Shown: positions 1 to 9,453, numbered from the stretch's first letter. The stretch: 64,000 nt of DNA from an uncultured virus (IMG/VR IMGVR_UViG_3300044641_005651) (IMGVR_UViG_3300044641_005651), one strand, 5' to 3'. Notes: generated from the sequence alone by a model not told the origin. Program-made: numbers and translations.

Positions 1-137
1 TGATCCGCAACACCAACACATTCTTTCACAATCAACTCGGCAAACTTTTGCATTGTTTCAGAACCCACATACCAATGGTATTTGTGGTCCCAACCTGCCC
101 CAGCCTGTTCAGCAAGTTGTTTAATTCGTGTGTTCAT
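1..137 (-). CDS. Small early protein, FAELIVxEC family (runs off the left edge)
   Basis: Manual translation MNTRIKQLAEQAG...KFAELIVKECVGVAD; motif shared with 485-745, 1665-1901 and 1898-2179. Confidence 0.7.
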   Translation of the reverse strand, partial: MNTRIKQLAEQAGAGWDHKYHWYVGSETMQKFAELIVKECVGVAD

Positions 138-267
138 TTAATACCTCTCTACATTCTATCAATAGATCTCTCACAGCAAGATGATTGGCAAATTCTGGAT
201 TAAACAATCCTCCATTGGATAAGTATTCCGTAATACTATCTGAAAGTTCTTTAATTCTTTCGTTCAT
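121..267 (-). CDS. Small hypothetical protein, 48 aa, not in the ORF track
   Basis: Manual translation MNERIKELSDSITEYLSNGGLFNPEFANHLAVRDLLIECREVLNEHTN; overlaps both neighbours. Confidence 0.6.
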   Translation of the reverse strand: MNERIKELSDSITEYLSNGGLFNPEFANHLAVRDLLIECREVLNEHTN

Positions 268-478
268 CGCTCACTCCAAAACGTCCCAGAAATGAGTTAT
301 CTGGAGATATCTCTATCTCTTGAATGTTATATTGGTCAAGCGGTACATATGCATAACCGCATCTACAGTAATCCTCCATCAGGATATTCCTACATCTTTC
401 TGCTGTTTCTTTTGATTTAAAAGCATAAAGAGTGTTGTATCCGAGGTCAGCTCGTTCATTTACTAGATAGATTATCAT
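251..478 (-). CDS. Hypothetical protein
   Basis: ORF in a tightly packed minus-strand array. Confidence 0.6.
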   Translation of the reverse strand: MIIYLVNERADLGYNTLYAFKSKETAERCRNILMEDYCRCGYAYVPLDQYNIQEIEISPDNSFLGRFGVSDERKN

Positions 479-484
479 CTTGCT

Positions 485-745
485 TCACTCAATTCCAAAA
501 TATTTCTTGAGCATAACAGCACAATGCTTGCTTGTAGATTCAGCTAATCGTGCCTTAGAAGGGGTAAAGGAGTATTTGTATGATTCACCTTCGGTTATGC
601 AAATATCGGCACATTCCCTGACAATCAACTCAGCAAAGATTTGATTGAACAAATCTTCGCGCGAATAGCCAGTTAGTCGCTTCTCGTACTCTTTATACGA
701 CAGCTCCTGCGCCTTGTCAACCAAGGCTGAAAAACGCTCATTCAT
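485..745 (-). CDS. Small early protein, FAELIVREC family (copy 1 of a duplication)
   Basis: Near-identical to 1898-2179. Confidence 0.75.
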   Translation of the reverse strand: MNERFSALVDKAQELSYKEYEKRLTGYSREDLFNQIFAELIVRECADICITEGESYKYSFTPSKARLAESTSKHCAVMLKKYFGIE

Positions 746-962
746 CTTGTTTCACTTCCCATGCCCAATGTATAACGATCCAATCCTGTATGCAATCATC
801 AGAAGAATAAGTGGCATCTACGTGTTCTTTACCAAACTTCTCACACATTTCTCCATACCAATATTCATAATAATCTCTACGAATATCTTCTTCTGAAACG
901 GTGACTACATATCCACCATCAGGATGATCTGGATCGTATTCGTTATATGAAAAGTATCTCAT
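738..962 (-). CDS. Hypothetical acidic protein
   Basis: ORF with overlapping start and stop in the array. Confidence 0.65.
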   Translation of the reverse strand: MRYFSYNEYDPDHPDGGYVVTVSEEDIRRDYYEYWYGEMCEKFGKEHVDATYSSDDCIQDWIVIHWAWEVKQDE

Positions 963-967
963 TTGAC

Positions 968-1426
968 TTATATCTTATACCTTGCTTCATATTCATTGAC
1001 AGAAGCCATTGTGCAATTGCGAATATCATTTTGAAAATTTTCCACTCCTCGCGCACTAAGATCGTATTGATTTAATGCATAGGCCAGCCTAGATGAACCA
1101 AAATAAACACAACACCAACCACGATGTTCAATAATGACTGTATGTGTGGTGGTTGTTTTTGCTCCACCCATACCACCATAGCCTAGAGCAGTGCTACCCC
1201 AGCTTTGAGGAAACATATGAACTTTAACCTCATCTTCAATGGGTCTTCTTTTAGTTTTAGAAGCCACCATTGGTTCGGTTCTAGTTTTTATTGCATCTTC
1301 TTTTTCTTTTTGTGACAGCTTTTTCCAGGCATCCCAATCACGATTTAGGTATTCAATATCGGGCAAGTCGCGATACAGAGCAGCAGCTAAAGCTGAACTA
1401 AGAATGGCAATGGGATTGTCAGTCAT
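968..1426 (-). CDS. Phage hypothetical protein
   Basis: 152-aa ORF with FPQSWGSTALGYGG motif; upstream AAGGA. Confidence 0.65.
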   Translation of the reverse strand: MTDNPIAILSSALAAALYRDLPDIEYLNRDWDAWKKLSQKEKEDAIKTRTEPMVASKTKRRPIEDEVKVHMFPQSWGSTALGYGGMGGAKTTTTHTVIIEHRGWCCVYFGSSRLAYALNQYDLSARGVENFQNDIRNCTMASVNEYEARYKI

Positions 1427-1431
1427 TTACT

Positions 1432-1665
1432 TTATCCTTTACGAAGATTGCCTTCTACAATTTCTTTGATGTCGGTCAACGCTTGTTTAAGTCCATCCAT
1501 ATCATTATACCCCCAAGTTTCAGCATCTTTAAGTAAACATAAAATTGCTTCGTTTATTATTGTTTCTAATGAAGGACCCATTCCATCTTCTGGATTCCTT
1601 CTATGATAGTCATAGATATCAAATGCCTGCTCAGTTAGCAATTCAATTAGTCGCTGCTTATTCAT
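1432..1665 (-). CDS. Hypothetical protein
   Basis: ORF coupled to the upstream gene by TAATG. Confidence 0.6.
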   Translation of the reverse strand: MNKQRLIELLTEQAFDIYDYHRRNPEDGMGPSLETIINEAILCLLKDAETWGYNDMDGLKQALTDIKEIVEGNLRKG

Positions 1666-1901
1666 TATTCAACACCAAACCTATTCTTAATGTTTTGGAC
1701 GGCAACACTAACAGTCCATGCGATGTCCTCATTTTCAGAGTTTGTTACACCAATCATAGCAATCTCAGAGATACATTCCGTTAAGATTAGCTTGGCGAAC
1801 TTCTCAGGATCAAAGTAAGTCACAAGATGGTCGCCACTCCACTCTGTAGGCTCTTTAACGAGACTTAGCTCATAAAATTCTTTAATTCGTAGACTCATCA
1901 C
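1665..1901 (-). CDS. Small early protein, FAxLIxxEC family
   Basis: KFAKLILTEC and terminal FGVE shared with the paralogues. Confidence 0.65.
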   Translation of the reverse strand: MMSLRIKEFYELSLVKEPTEWSGDHLVTYFDPEKFAKLILTECISEIAMIGVTNSENEDIAWTVSVAVQNIKNRFGVE

Positions 1902-2179
1902 TCAACTCCAAAATATTTTTTGATCATGGTAGCACAATACTTGCTTGTAGATTCAGCCAATCGTGCCTTAGCAGGGGTAAAGGAGTATTTGTATGATTCA
2001 CCTTCCATTTCGCAAATATCGGCACATTCCCTGACAATCAATTCGGCAAAGATTTGATTGAATAAATCTTCGCGCGAATAGCCAGTTAGTCGCTTCTCGT
2101 ACTCTTTATACGACAGCTCCTGCGCCTTGTCAACCAAGGCTGAAAAACGCTCACGCATCATGCCCTCTATCAAATCCAT
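1898..2179 (-). CDS. Small early protein, FAELIVREC family (copy 2)
   Basis: Near-identical to 485-745. Confidence 0.75.
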   Translation of the reverse strand: MDLIEGMMRERFSALVDKAQELSYKEYEKRLTGYSREDLFNQIFAELIVRECADICEMEGESYKYSFTPAKARLAESTSKYCATMIKKYFGVE

Positions 2180-2337
2180 AAAGAATCTGCGCTAGCTGCT
2201 CGTGGTTCATCTTCTCTTCAAGAATATTGAAACATAGATCCTTGAAAAACACATACATATTTGTATAGTGTTCCAGCTCTTGCTCTAGTTCCTCTTTTGA
2301 AATCTCAAAACTAGTCAAGTTTTGAGAAATAGCTACG

Positions 2338-2583
2338 TCAATCTTTTTCACTAATAACCTCCATAGCAATCCGACGGTAAGCCTCAAATGCGAGTCTTTC
2401 CATCCAACAAACAATGCTGCCGGTGTCAGTTGATTTGGTAATAGATTCTATAAGATCGTGTGCGATACTGCGGAGATGACAATCTCCAATAGCACCGTCA
2501 CGTTCAAACTGTTCGTAGTCACGAATAATTTGAAGAACAATATCTCTTTCGAGATTTGCAACATGGTCACGTAGTATACTCAT
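2338..2583 (-). CDS. Hypothetical protein
   Basis: ORF downstream of a sigma70-like promoter, with AGGA RBS. Confidence 0.65.
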   Translation of the reverse strand: MSILRDHVANLERDIVLQIIRDYEQFERDGAIGDCHLRSIAHDLIESITKSTDTGSIVCWMERLAFEAYRRIAMEVISEKD

Positions 2584-2649
2584 TTTATTTCCTATTTAAG
2601 ATTAGCCAAAGTAATACATTTATATTCATAGTTACATTATCGCATAAAA

Positions 2650-2679
2650 AAAGGAGTTTTGCAAACGCAAAACTCCTTT
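2650..2679 (-). terminator. Intrinsic terminator overlapping a TTGCAA-N17-GATAAT promoter
   Basis: aaaggagtttt-gcaaacgc-aaaactccttt inverted repeat with a U-run on the minus strand. Confidence 0.6.
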
Positions 2680-2700
2680 AATAGGTGTAGATTGACTGTT

Positions 2701-3168
2701 TTATTTAGACCACTGTTCCCAGAGGTTTATCAGCGGTTTGTTTGTTTTCTTAGCATATCTAACGCAATTTCCGGTGCCGCCGGAAGTTCCGTCCCATAAT
2801 GCTAGGACCATGTCGCACTGGTCCACCATCCACTCGTTTCTGGTCTGCATCTTCCAGCCTGCATATGCGCCACTACATACAGTCTTTACGGTGGAGGTTT
2901 TAGTCATAATCTCTTTATATCTAATACGGCTCTTCTCAGGCCAGAGGTCTTCCTGGCCTTTGAAGGGAATAGCCGCGACTAGCGGTATCTGAAGATCAAT
3001 AGCTGCTTGAGCAAGAGCCTGATCCCAACCGATCGCCATACCAGATATTACCTTTGTAGGTAGGTTATCAGAGAGCCAATCAGTGGCGAGACTGACTAGC
3101 TTCTGATAGACATCGTCCCCGTATCCGCCTAGTTTATCGGGCCGATGTCCTGTCCCGGCTACAATCAT
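2701..3168 (-). CDS. YspA/SLOG family nucleotide-binding protein
   Basis: GTGHRP, SGMAIGWD, RNEWMVD and WDGTSGGT motifs. Confidence 0.8.
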   Translation of the reverse strand: MIVAGTGHRPDKLGGYGDDVYQKLVSLATDWLSDNLPTKVISGMAIGWDQALAQAAIDLQIPLVAAIPFKGQEDLWPEKSRIRYKEIMTKTSTVKTVCSGAYAGWKMQTRNEWMVDQCDMVLALWDGTSGGTGNCVRYAKKTNKPLINLWEQWSK

Positions 3169-3500
3169 CGAGTCTGGAAAGCCTCGATGAGTTCAGCAAG
3201 AGAGCCCTTTGTAGCACCCTCGATACCAGTAAGTTCCTTACCAGTGAGCTTGCTTAGCTCTAGAACTAGCTCCTTCTTAGAAGGGCCATCCTCGTCGTTC
3301 TTCTTGCTCTTATCAGGAGCTAGGTAAACTCCCTCGCGAACTAGCTTCGCCCTGACGCTCTTTAGCGTCTTACCCATCTCCTGGGCAATTTCCTCGAGAC
3401 TGTCGTTACCGCGCTCTTGGTAGAGTGCAATTAGACGCTCAGTCTGTTCCTTAGTGTAGTTGATCTGCTTCTGTGTCATCTGTTTCCTCTCATTCATCAT
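3165..3500 (-). CDS. T5 A2-like DNA-binding early protein
   Basis: LEEIAQEMGKTLKSVRAKLVREGVY HTH resembles T5 A2; has its own promoter. Confidence 0.55.
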   Translation of the reverse strand: MMNERKQMTQKQINYTKEQTERLIALYQERGNDSLEEIAQEMGKTLKSVRAKLVREGVYLAPDKSKKNDEDGPSKKELVLELSKLTGKELTGIEGATKGSLAELIEAFQTR

Positions 3501-3659
3501 AGATACATATTACTATAATCCAGACTAGGAGGCAAGGTCAAAATGAAAGTGAGTTGTCTTTATAGTACCCATAGTTTAGCTTTCTACCAATCTCGAAACT
3601 CTCCGTAAAAGGCGTGCCTGTCTGCAACATCTTTTAGTGTAACGGATTTCAGAGAATTG

Positions 3660-3878
3660 TCAAGGGCCTACCCAGTCGGGTGCGGCGAACGGATCTGCGG
3701 CAATAGCGCCCTTTTTCAGTTCACGGACTTGAGTTTGGAGGCGAGAGATCTCCTTGCGTAGCTCACCAGCCGCAGCTATTTCGTCGTTTCTTGATCTCCG
3801 CAAGCGATCATTTTCAACGCGCAGACTTTGCACTTCTTTACGAAGATGATCCAATATCTCGTATATAGGATCACTCAT
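3660..3878 (-). CDS. Coiled-coil hypothetical protein in a GC-rich insert
   Basis: Likely start MSDPIYE overlaps the upstream stop (ATGA). Confidence 0.55.
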   Translation of the reverse strand: MSDPIYEILDHLRKEVQSLRVENDRLRRSRNDEIAAAGELRKEISRLQTQVRELKKGAIAADPFAAPDWVGP

Positions 3879-4135
3879 GGCTTGGCTTCCTTGCATGGAG
3901 GTGGCGGCAGCGGCATCCAATGGGTCGGGTTGAAATGCATAACTAGGTCCATGACATCGTCGGCGTAGAGCGTCCACCAGAGAGCGGATTCGCTCCATGA
4001 CGCGACCTGAACGAAAACCCCAGCAGTCTGCATATTTTCGGTCCAGTCGATCGGACGGCCATCAGCGTCGATTGCCCAGCAAAGCAGGATGTCTGTCCCA
4101 TCCCGTGGAGCGGTTTCAATCGGTTGCCAATTCAT
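3875..4135 (-). CDS. DUF551-like phage protein
   Basis: WQPIETAPRDGT ... PTHWMPLPPPP signature. Confidence 0.8.
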   Translation of the reverse strand: MNWQPIETAPRDGTDILLCWAIDADGRPIDWTENMQTAGVFVQVASWSESALWWTLYADDVMDLVMHFNPTHWMPLPPPPCKEAKP

Positions 4136-4407
4136 GTTATTTCTCCAGCTTGTTCTATAAACTCTACTAAAATATCTCCGTGACAGGAAAGAGGTTTACA
4201 CCAACAACCCAGTCTAAGACCTTTAAGTGATAGTAAGTCCTCTCTAGTTACTCTACCTTCTCGTATCTCTTGTTCAAGATACTCTCTATATTTAGAGATA
4301 ACCTGACGTCTGGATAGATGACCTATAGGGTAAGGATTACCCCAACGGGTGGATCTATCTATCTTGACATCATAGACATCGGTTCGGATATTAACTACTC
4401 TAGTCAT
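4132..4407 (-). CDS. DUF4326 family protein
   Basis: RSTRWGNPY ... LGCWCKPLSCHGD. Confidence 0.85.
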   Translation of the reverse strand: MTRVVNIRTDVYDVKIDRSTRWGNPYPIGHLSRRQVISKYREYLEQEIREGRVTREDLLSLKGLRLGCWCKPLSCHGDILVEFIEQAGEIT

Positions 4408-4742
4408 TCATCCCAAGGTAGGAAATTATCATAGTCATTAAGGAATGCCTGACCAGCTATGGTTGCTTCTTCCTGAGAAGCGAATAGAGACTTGGAAATC
4501 TCTTCTCCATTTTCATAGAAAGTGACCTGCCAAGTGTCATGATCTATGAGTTCTAGTAAAAAATCTTTAGACATTACTTACTGCTTTTCGCAGAAACTAC
4601 TCCGCCTAATACAAGAGCAGCCGCCCAAGTAGTTATACTATACTCAATACCCAGAGTAAATAGGGTATTGAGGGACCAGATTAGAAGTAGCGGCCCAGCT
4701 ACAATAGCTAATACTATAAAAATTAATACTAATACTTTCATC

Positions 4743-5018
4743 TTAAACCTCTACAAACTTATTCATCTTGAACTCACCGCCATCTTCCCAGATAGCAGAA
4801 CCCTCAGGACTGCCATGACTCATCCAAAACCTAACCATCTTGCAATGCTTATGTTCCGACTTGTCTTTCTGCATCCTGAAGCCGCGACAATTGCAACTCA
4901 GATAGTCTCGGCTCTTAGTATAGAGAATCTCATAGACTCCCTCAGGGGCCGCACTATCTTCAAAGTTGGCAATTTGAAAACGGTTGTTCTGAATTTCTTT
5001 AATCAGATAAGTTGACAT
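4743..5018 (-). CDS. SWIM-type zinc-finger protein
   Basis: CNCRGF...CKMV pattern preceded by HKH. Confidence 0.5.
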   Translation of the reverse strand: MSTYLIKEIQNNRFQIANFEDSAAPEGVYEILYTKSRDYLSCNCRGFRMQKDKSEHKHCKMVRFWMSHGSPEGSAIWEDGGEFKMNKFVEV

Positions 5019-5153
5019 TCTTTTATTATACTAGGGATTAGTCTTGATTACTAGACATATTTCTATTTATCTTGTATAGAGTCTTGAAAAAAATATAAAA
5101 CCCATATACAATTGCAAAGATTTCATCAACAAATGTACTATTTAGTAAAATAC

Positions 5154-5759
5154 TCAAATGTTGAATATATCTTTCCATCTTAATATCTTTCTTATCTCTT
5201 CACGAATTTCTTCAATATTTTCTGGATTATCAGATAATACGTGTTTAGTATCTTCTATAAATCCAAGATCTTCATACTCAAGGTCTAGTGAATATGAATA
5301 TGGCAATTTTCTAAGATAGAAATCATTTCTCATTATTGCGGTTAAAGCATCTAGTAAAACTACTCGATCTATAGGTAGATAATATTTTTCAGTAGTATCT
5401 CCTATATATTTAAAAAATTTTGATCTTTTTTCAGCTATATATAAACTAGAAATTTGTGCTACCTTATCTCTCCTACTTAATCTTATTCTATAGCTATCCA
5501 TGTCTAATAATTTTTCATACGGATTAAGATCATTTATTTGAATACCCATAAATTTAACTACATAGTTAGAGCTATTTTTATAAGTTTTCATAAAATGTAA
5601 TTTAAAGCTATTTATGCTGCCTATTGTAGAGTTAGTAAAAGGTTCTGAAAACACAGGTATTGAATATTTATTTCCTAGATGATCTGCCAAAGCAGAAGAC
5701 CCTGTTCTAAAATTAGCCAATATTACGATAGGAAAACGATCAACTTTGATATCTATCAC
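5154..5759 (-). CDS. Sulfotransferase-fold protein (Stf0-like)
   Basis: IVILANFRTGSSAL PAPS-binding loop; LSRRDKVAQISS; YEDL. Confidence 0.6.
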   Translation of the reverse strand: MIDIKVDRFPIVILANFRTGSSALADHLGNKYSIPVFSEPFTNSTIGSINSFKLHFMKTYKNSSNYVVKFMGIQINDLNPYEKLLDMDSYRIRLSRRDKVAQISSLYIAEKRSKFFKYIGDTTEKYYLPIDRVVLLDALTAIMRNDFYLRKLPYSYSLDLEYEDLGFIEDTKHVLSDNPENIEEIREEIRKILRWKDIFNI

Positions 5760-6532
5760 AAACCCATTTCCTTTCTGATTTTAGTAGCACTAATACTAGT
5801 AATACTCTCATCAAAATGTTCTTGTTCTATCTTATATCCAACATCTCTACCATAAGTGATGTTAACAATATTGGGGACAGGATAGACGATATACCTATTA
5901 TTATATAGGCTATCTAGATCTTTATAAATCCGTTCGGTAACTTCCTTGAGCAAGAAAGGATTTTTATCATCATGACAGTCTCTCACCATAATAGCAACCT
6001 GTCCAGTTTTTGCTATGGCTCTCTCAAAAAGAGCGCGGTGACCTTGATGCCAGGGCTGCCAGCGACCTAACATTTGAACAGTAGGTTTCTTCCAATCAAA
6101 TGTAGGCTTATCGTTTTTTAAGATCTGTTCGGCCAAGAGAGGTGCCCATTTTTTAGCATCAAACTCTGATATTCTAAAATCATAGTAACCTCTGCTGGGT
6201 TTTTCAAATATAGCATTAGTATCTTCAAATCTACCACTCTCTATAGTATCCATCCATATGACCCAGTCTGGACTGTATATCTCTCTCATTGCTGAGAGAG
6301 GGCAGACAAAATCTGCTATCACATATGTAGTCTTAAAATCTCTAGCTAAATAGCTCATTCTCTGGGCTTGTCGTATTCTACCAGCAGTAGAGAAGTCCCA
6401 GTCGTTAGAGTTCTTTCTAACCTCGTCTGCATTTAGCCAAGTGACACCGTATTTCGATAGTATATCTACAAGCTCTTTAGCTAAAGTAGTTTTACCAGAA
6501 CCAGGGAGTCCCATTATTAATATTTTTTGCAT
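5756..6532 (-). CDS. Adenylylsulfate kinase-like domain fused to an HxGH nucleotidyltransferase domain
   Basis: GLPGSGKTT P-loop, LNADEVR and DFSTAGRIRQ; C-terminal GRWQPWHQGH and ISATKIR; start moved to MQKILIM. Confidence 0.75.
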   Translation of the reverse strand: MQKILIMGLPGSGKTTLAKELVDILSKYGVTWLNADEVRKNSNDWDFSTAGRIRQAQRMSYLARDFKTTYVIADFVCPLSAMREIYSPDWVIWMDTIESGRFEDTNAIFEKPSRGYYDFRISEFDAKKWAPLLAEQILKNDKPTFDWKKPTVQMLGRWQPWHQGHRALFERAIAKTGQVAIMVRDCHDDKNPFLLKEVTERIYKDLDSLYNNRYIVYPVPNIVNITYGRDVGYKIEQEHFDESITSISATKIRKEMGL

Positions 6533-6550
6533 ATAATTAATCCTAAGAAA

Positions 6551-6574
6551 AAAGGCAGGAGAGATCCTGCCTTT
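6551..6574 (-). terminator. Intrinsic terminator
   Basis: aaaggcagga-gaga-tcctgccttt hairpin with a U-tract. Confidence 0.65.
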
Positions 6575-7052
6575 AGTGTGTTTGACGATAAAAACTGTGT
6601 CCGCCAATAGTTTCTATATATTCTATACGTCCAGTTTTAAGAGCGTGTTTGAACCAAGCTCTTGCACGTTTTGGAGTAACATTGTCAAAGTGGGTAGCAC
6701 CTTGAGAAATGTCATTAGCATCTCCAGATAGAATTAGTCCTGCTATGGCTACACAGAATTCATATTCCATGCGGTCAAGCTTTCCTGCACTTCGTTGCTT
6801 CTTAGCGGTCCAAGAGAACTGCGGTTTCCCGTCTATCTTTTGATATACTATCTCACATGCTGATTTGTCTGCTTTCAACATTCGATTGTATGTGACCAGG
6901 CCTACACGAAAGATACCTTCTGCAGGTTCTCCTCGAGATTCGTAATACATATTATCTGCCATACAACGAATGTCTTTAGCAGTAATATCCTTGCTTACGA
7001 AAGGTAAGGCTAAATAAGAAGCAATGATTGCTATTTTTAAGGTTTCAATCAT
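6573..7052 (-). CDS. Cell wall hydrolase, SleB/Hydrolase_2 family
   Basis: YYESRGEP, NR, QFSW, GATHF and IGGHSFY motifs; N-terminal signal anchor. Confidence 0.85.
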   Translation of the reverse strand: MIETLKIAIIASYLALPFVSKDITAKDIRCMADNMYYESRGEPAEGIFRVGLVTYNRMLKADKSACEIVYQKIDGKPQFSWTAKKQRSAGKLDRMEYEFCVAIAGLILSGDANDISQGATHFDNVTPKRARAWFKHALKTGRIEYIETIGGHSFYRQTH

Positions 7053-7179
7053 TACATCCTCACAAAAAATTAAAGGCTTATCGAATGTAATAAGCCTTAT
7101 TATTTATAGATTATACTAAACTCAGAACTAGACAGCAAGCATTAAATTTAATTAACTTGTTATTTTTTTATGGAAATAA

Positions 7180-7239
7180 GCGTTACTTTCGTGGTGCCAC
7201 TCCGTGGCAGCGTTACTTTCGTGGTGCCGCTCCGCGGCA
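7180..7239. repeat. Tandem 2 x 30 bp repeat, each unit ending in a 6-bp hairpin
   Basis: gcgttactttcgtggTGCCACtccGTGGCA followed by gcgttactttcgtggTGCCGCtccGCGGCA. Confidence 0.9.
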
Positions 7240-7457
7240 TCCAGCGACGTCATTTTACGGTCAAATCTATAAACGAGTTCTGACCTATTAATAGGTATAA
7301 AGATCTATTTGATATATCCGATATCCCTCACAAAGCAACAACCTATTAGTATATAGGTTATTCTCTATATTGTTCCATATGGATCAATATGGGAGATACG
7401 TTAACTGCGTCTGTGCAATCTATCACATATATTTATAGCACAATTTAGGTCTAGAGT

Positions 7458-8060
7458 CTAGTCTGAGATTTTCATAAAAGCTACCGTTCCATACTGGTAG
7501 TAGCTCATCCAATGACGCATCTGATCGGAGTAGATGAGAGTGAACGCATCTATCGCCATCTTGGGCGTCTCTAAGGGAGAGTGAAAATCTCGAAAGCCTA
7601 AGCGCCAAGCCTCCGTATTCTCTTTCCAGACATAGTCATCACAAATCATAACCCCACATTTAAGTAGTAGAGGCCAGGAGAGTACTAGGTCTCGGAGAAC
7701 ACCTTGAGCTGAGTGATCTCCATCAATGTAGATGAGATCAAACTGCCGTTTAATCTGATTGAGATGCAAGAGTTGGCTCCAGCTATCTCCTTTGAGCTTC
7801 GTAACCTTGTGTTGGTATGGCTCTACATTCCGATCAAACTGTGCTTCTACACTCTTGAAGTCTGCACCTTCATGCTGTGCAGTCTCTCTCCAAAGATCAA
7901 TACAGGTCATATCCTGTGGCCGGAGGTGTTCTAGCATCCAACGAGTGCTCATACCCTGATAAGATCCCACCTCTAGGATAGAGATAGGAGACTTACAGAG
8001 AGGAGCGATTTCGTGTTCAAAAAATGGAATATTCCTATTCCAGGCTGTCATGGTTTCCAT
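7458..8060 (-). CDS. Class I SAM-dependent methyltransferase (Methyltransf_24-like)
   Basis: LEVGSYQGMS, FDLIYIDGDH and CDDY motifs. Confidence 0.85.
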   Translation of the reverse strand: METMTAWNRNIPFFEHEIAPLCKSPISILEVGSYQGMSTRWMLEHLRPQDMTCIDLWRETAQHEGADFKSVEAQFDRNVEPYQHKVTKLKGDSWSQLLHLNQIKRQFDLIYIDGDHSAQGVLRDLVLSWPLLLKCGVMICDDYVWKENTEAWRLGFRDFHSPLETPKMAIDAFTLIYSDQMRHWMSYYQYGTVAFMKISD

Positions 8061-8061
8061 A

Positions 8062-8673
8062 TTAGTAAAGATACTTACGGCCCCTGCGGTAATAAGGGCT
8101 TACCTTAGTAGAGGGGCTAAGACGAATAAATTCGTGGATTTGAGTTAGCGTATTATGCGTAGGTTCATAGCCATAGTTGCAGTATTTAACAAGACGGCCT
8201 AGGATCTTATCAGAATGCTTGAGCTTGTTAATAGTTAAGGTCTTAGTGTAGACATCTGAGACGGTCCAAAACCCAAAGGTGAACTCGTCTTTGTCAGGAG
8301 TGTAAGCACCCTGAGTTACCGTGAAATCGAAACTCTGGATAACATCATTTTCGTCGACGTATATCTGTTCCATTATTTGGACATCTATACCATTACCGTT
8401 AAAGGTGCGACTCCACTCAGTGTGGGCAACTTCTTTAAAACCTGAACTGATAAGAGCAGTTGCTAGCTCCGTCTTATCCTGTTGGGAAAAAGTATAGATA
8501 TCAATGTCTCCATCAATATCCTTCTTACCTTCTAGGAGAGAGCGAACGGCTCCACCGGCTACACAGAAATTACCGACAAAAAGAAATACAGGAAGCTTCT
8601 TAAGAAGAGAATGCTGCCAATCATAGACATGAGGCAGTCTCTTAGCGATATCTTTTAGGTTAATTTTGATCAT
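8062..8673 (-). CDS. Nucleotidyltransferase, CCA-adding/poly(A) polymerase head-like
   Basis: VAGGAVRSLL...DIDIY and FDFT motifs. Confidence 0.7.
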   Translation of the reverse strand: MIKINLKDIAKRLPHVYDWQHSLLKKLPVFLFVGNFCVAGGAVRSLLEGKKDIDGDIDIYTFSQQDKTELATALISSGFKEVAHTEWSRTFNGNGIDVQIMEQIYVDENDVIQSFDFTVTQGAYTPDKDEFTFGFWTVSDVYTKTLTINKLKHSDKILGRLVKYCNYGYEPTHNTLTQIHEFIRLSPSTKVSPYYRRGRKYLY

Positions 8674-8775
8674 AGGCTATTATCTCATAGTAAAAGGCCC
8701 CAGTCTACAAAATTCTTAATGTAGACTAGAGCCTTCCTACGTGGGTAGCGATATAATGCAGTACGAAATACTGGA

Positions 8776-9453
8776 TTAATCTTCACGCCGCTGACCCAGG
8801 AGTTGTAAGAGATGGATGAATATATTGATAAAGTCTAGGTAGAGCGTAAGAGCCCCGAAGATGCTGCTACGAGCCTGAGAACTGAATCCATAGACTAATC
8901 CACTTGAGTAGTATTCTTCTGATAATCTTTGAGTATCATAGGCAGTAAGACCTGTGAAGATTAGGACTGCTAGTACAGAGACGATCCAGCTAAGCATAGA
9001 AGAACCTAGGAACAGGTTGACTACGGATGCCACTACGATACCGATTAGGCCTATAAAGAGAAACCCTCCTAGAGAGGTTAAGTCCCTCTTAGTAGAGTAT
9101 CCATAGAGGCTTGCTGCTGCGAAAACGCTAGTAGAGATTAAGAGCACTTGAACTATGCTGCCTAGGGTGAAGATTAAGAAGATTGAACTTAGGCTTAAAC
9201 CCGTAGCGGTTGCATAGAGATAGAATACTAGGTGTGCAACTGTCTCAGACATCCTATCCATGAAATTTAAGGCTAAGACGAATGCTAGGGGTAGGAAAGC
9301 TAAGACGATATTAAAACTACCTAGTGTGGCTACCCAAGGAGCGGCTACCCAGGCGGTTAGCGCTGTAACTAGGAGCGCAGTGGTCATCTTGTTGTAGACG
9401 CCGATGAGATATGACCTAAGACCCTCATCTACGGTTTGTGTAATTGTATTCAT
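8776..9453 (-). CDS. Bax inhibitor-1/YccA family membrane protein
   Basis: Seven hydrophobic segments, TAYDTQ and ALTLYLDFINIF; start moved to MNTITQ after GAGGG. Confidence 0.9.
   Translation of the reverse strand: MNTITQTVDEGLRSYLIGVYNKMTTALLVTALTAWVAAPWVATLGSFNIVLAFLPLAFVLALNFMDRMSETVAHLVFYLYATATGLSLSSIFLIFTLGSIVQVLLISTSVFAAASLYGYSTKRDLTSLGGFLFIGLIGIVVASVVNLFLGSSMLSWIVSVLAVLIFTGLTAYDTQRLSEEYYSSGLVYGFSSQARSSIFGALTLYLDFINIFIHLLQLLGQRRED

Larger units (their letters stand above)
485..2153. repeat. Dispersed direct repeat of about 256 bp (485-740 and 1898-2153)
   Basis: Long identical stretches such as aaatcttcgcgcgaatagccagttagtcgcttctcg in both copies, with scattered substitutions. Confidence 0.9.

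Noticed and set aside
7180..7239. Mini CRISPR array
   Set aside because: Only two abutting units with no spacers. The Cas4-like gene at 39.5 kb is a common stand-alone phage exonuclease.
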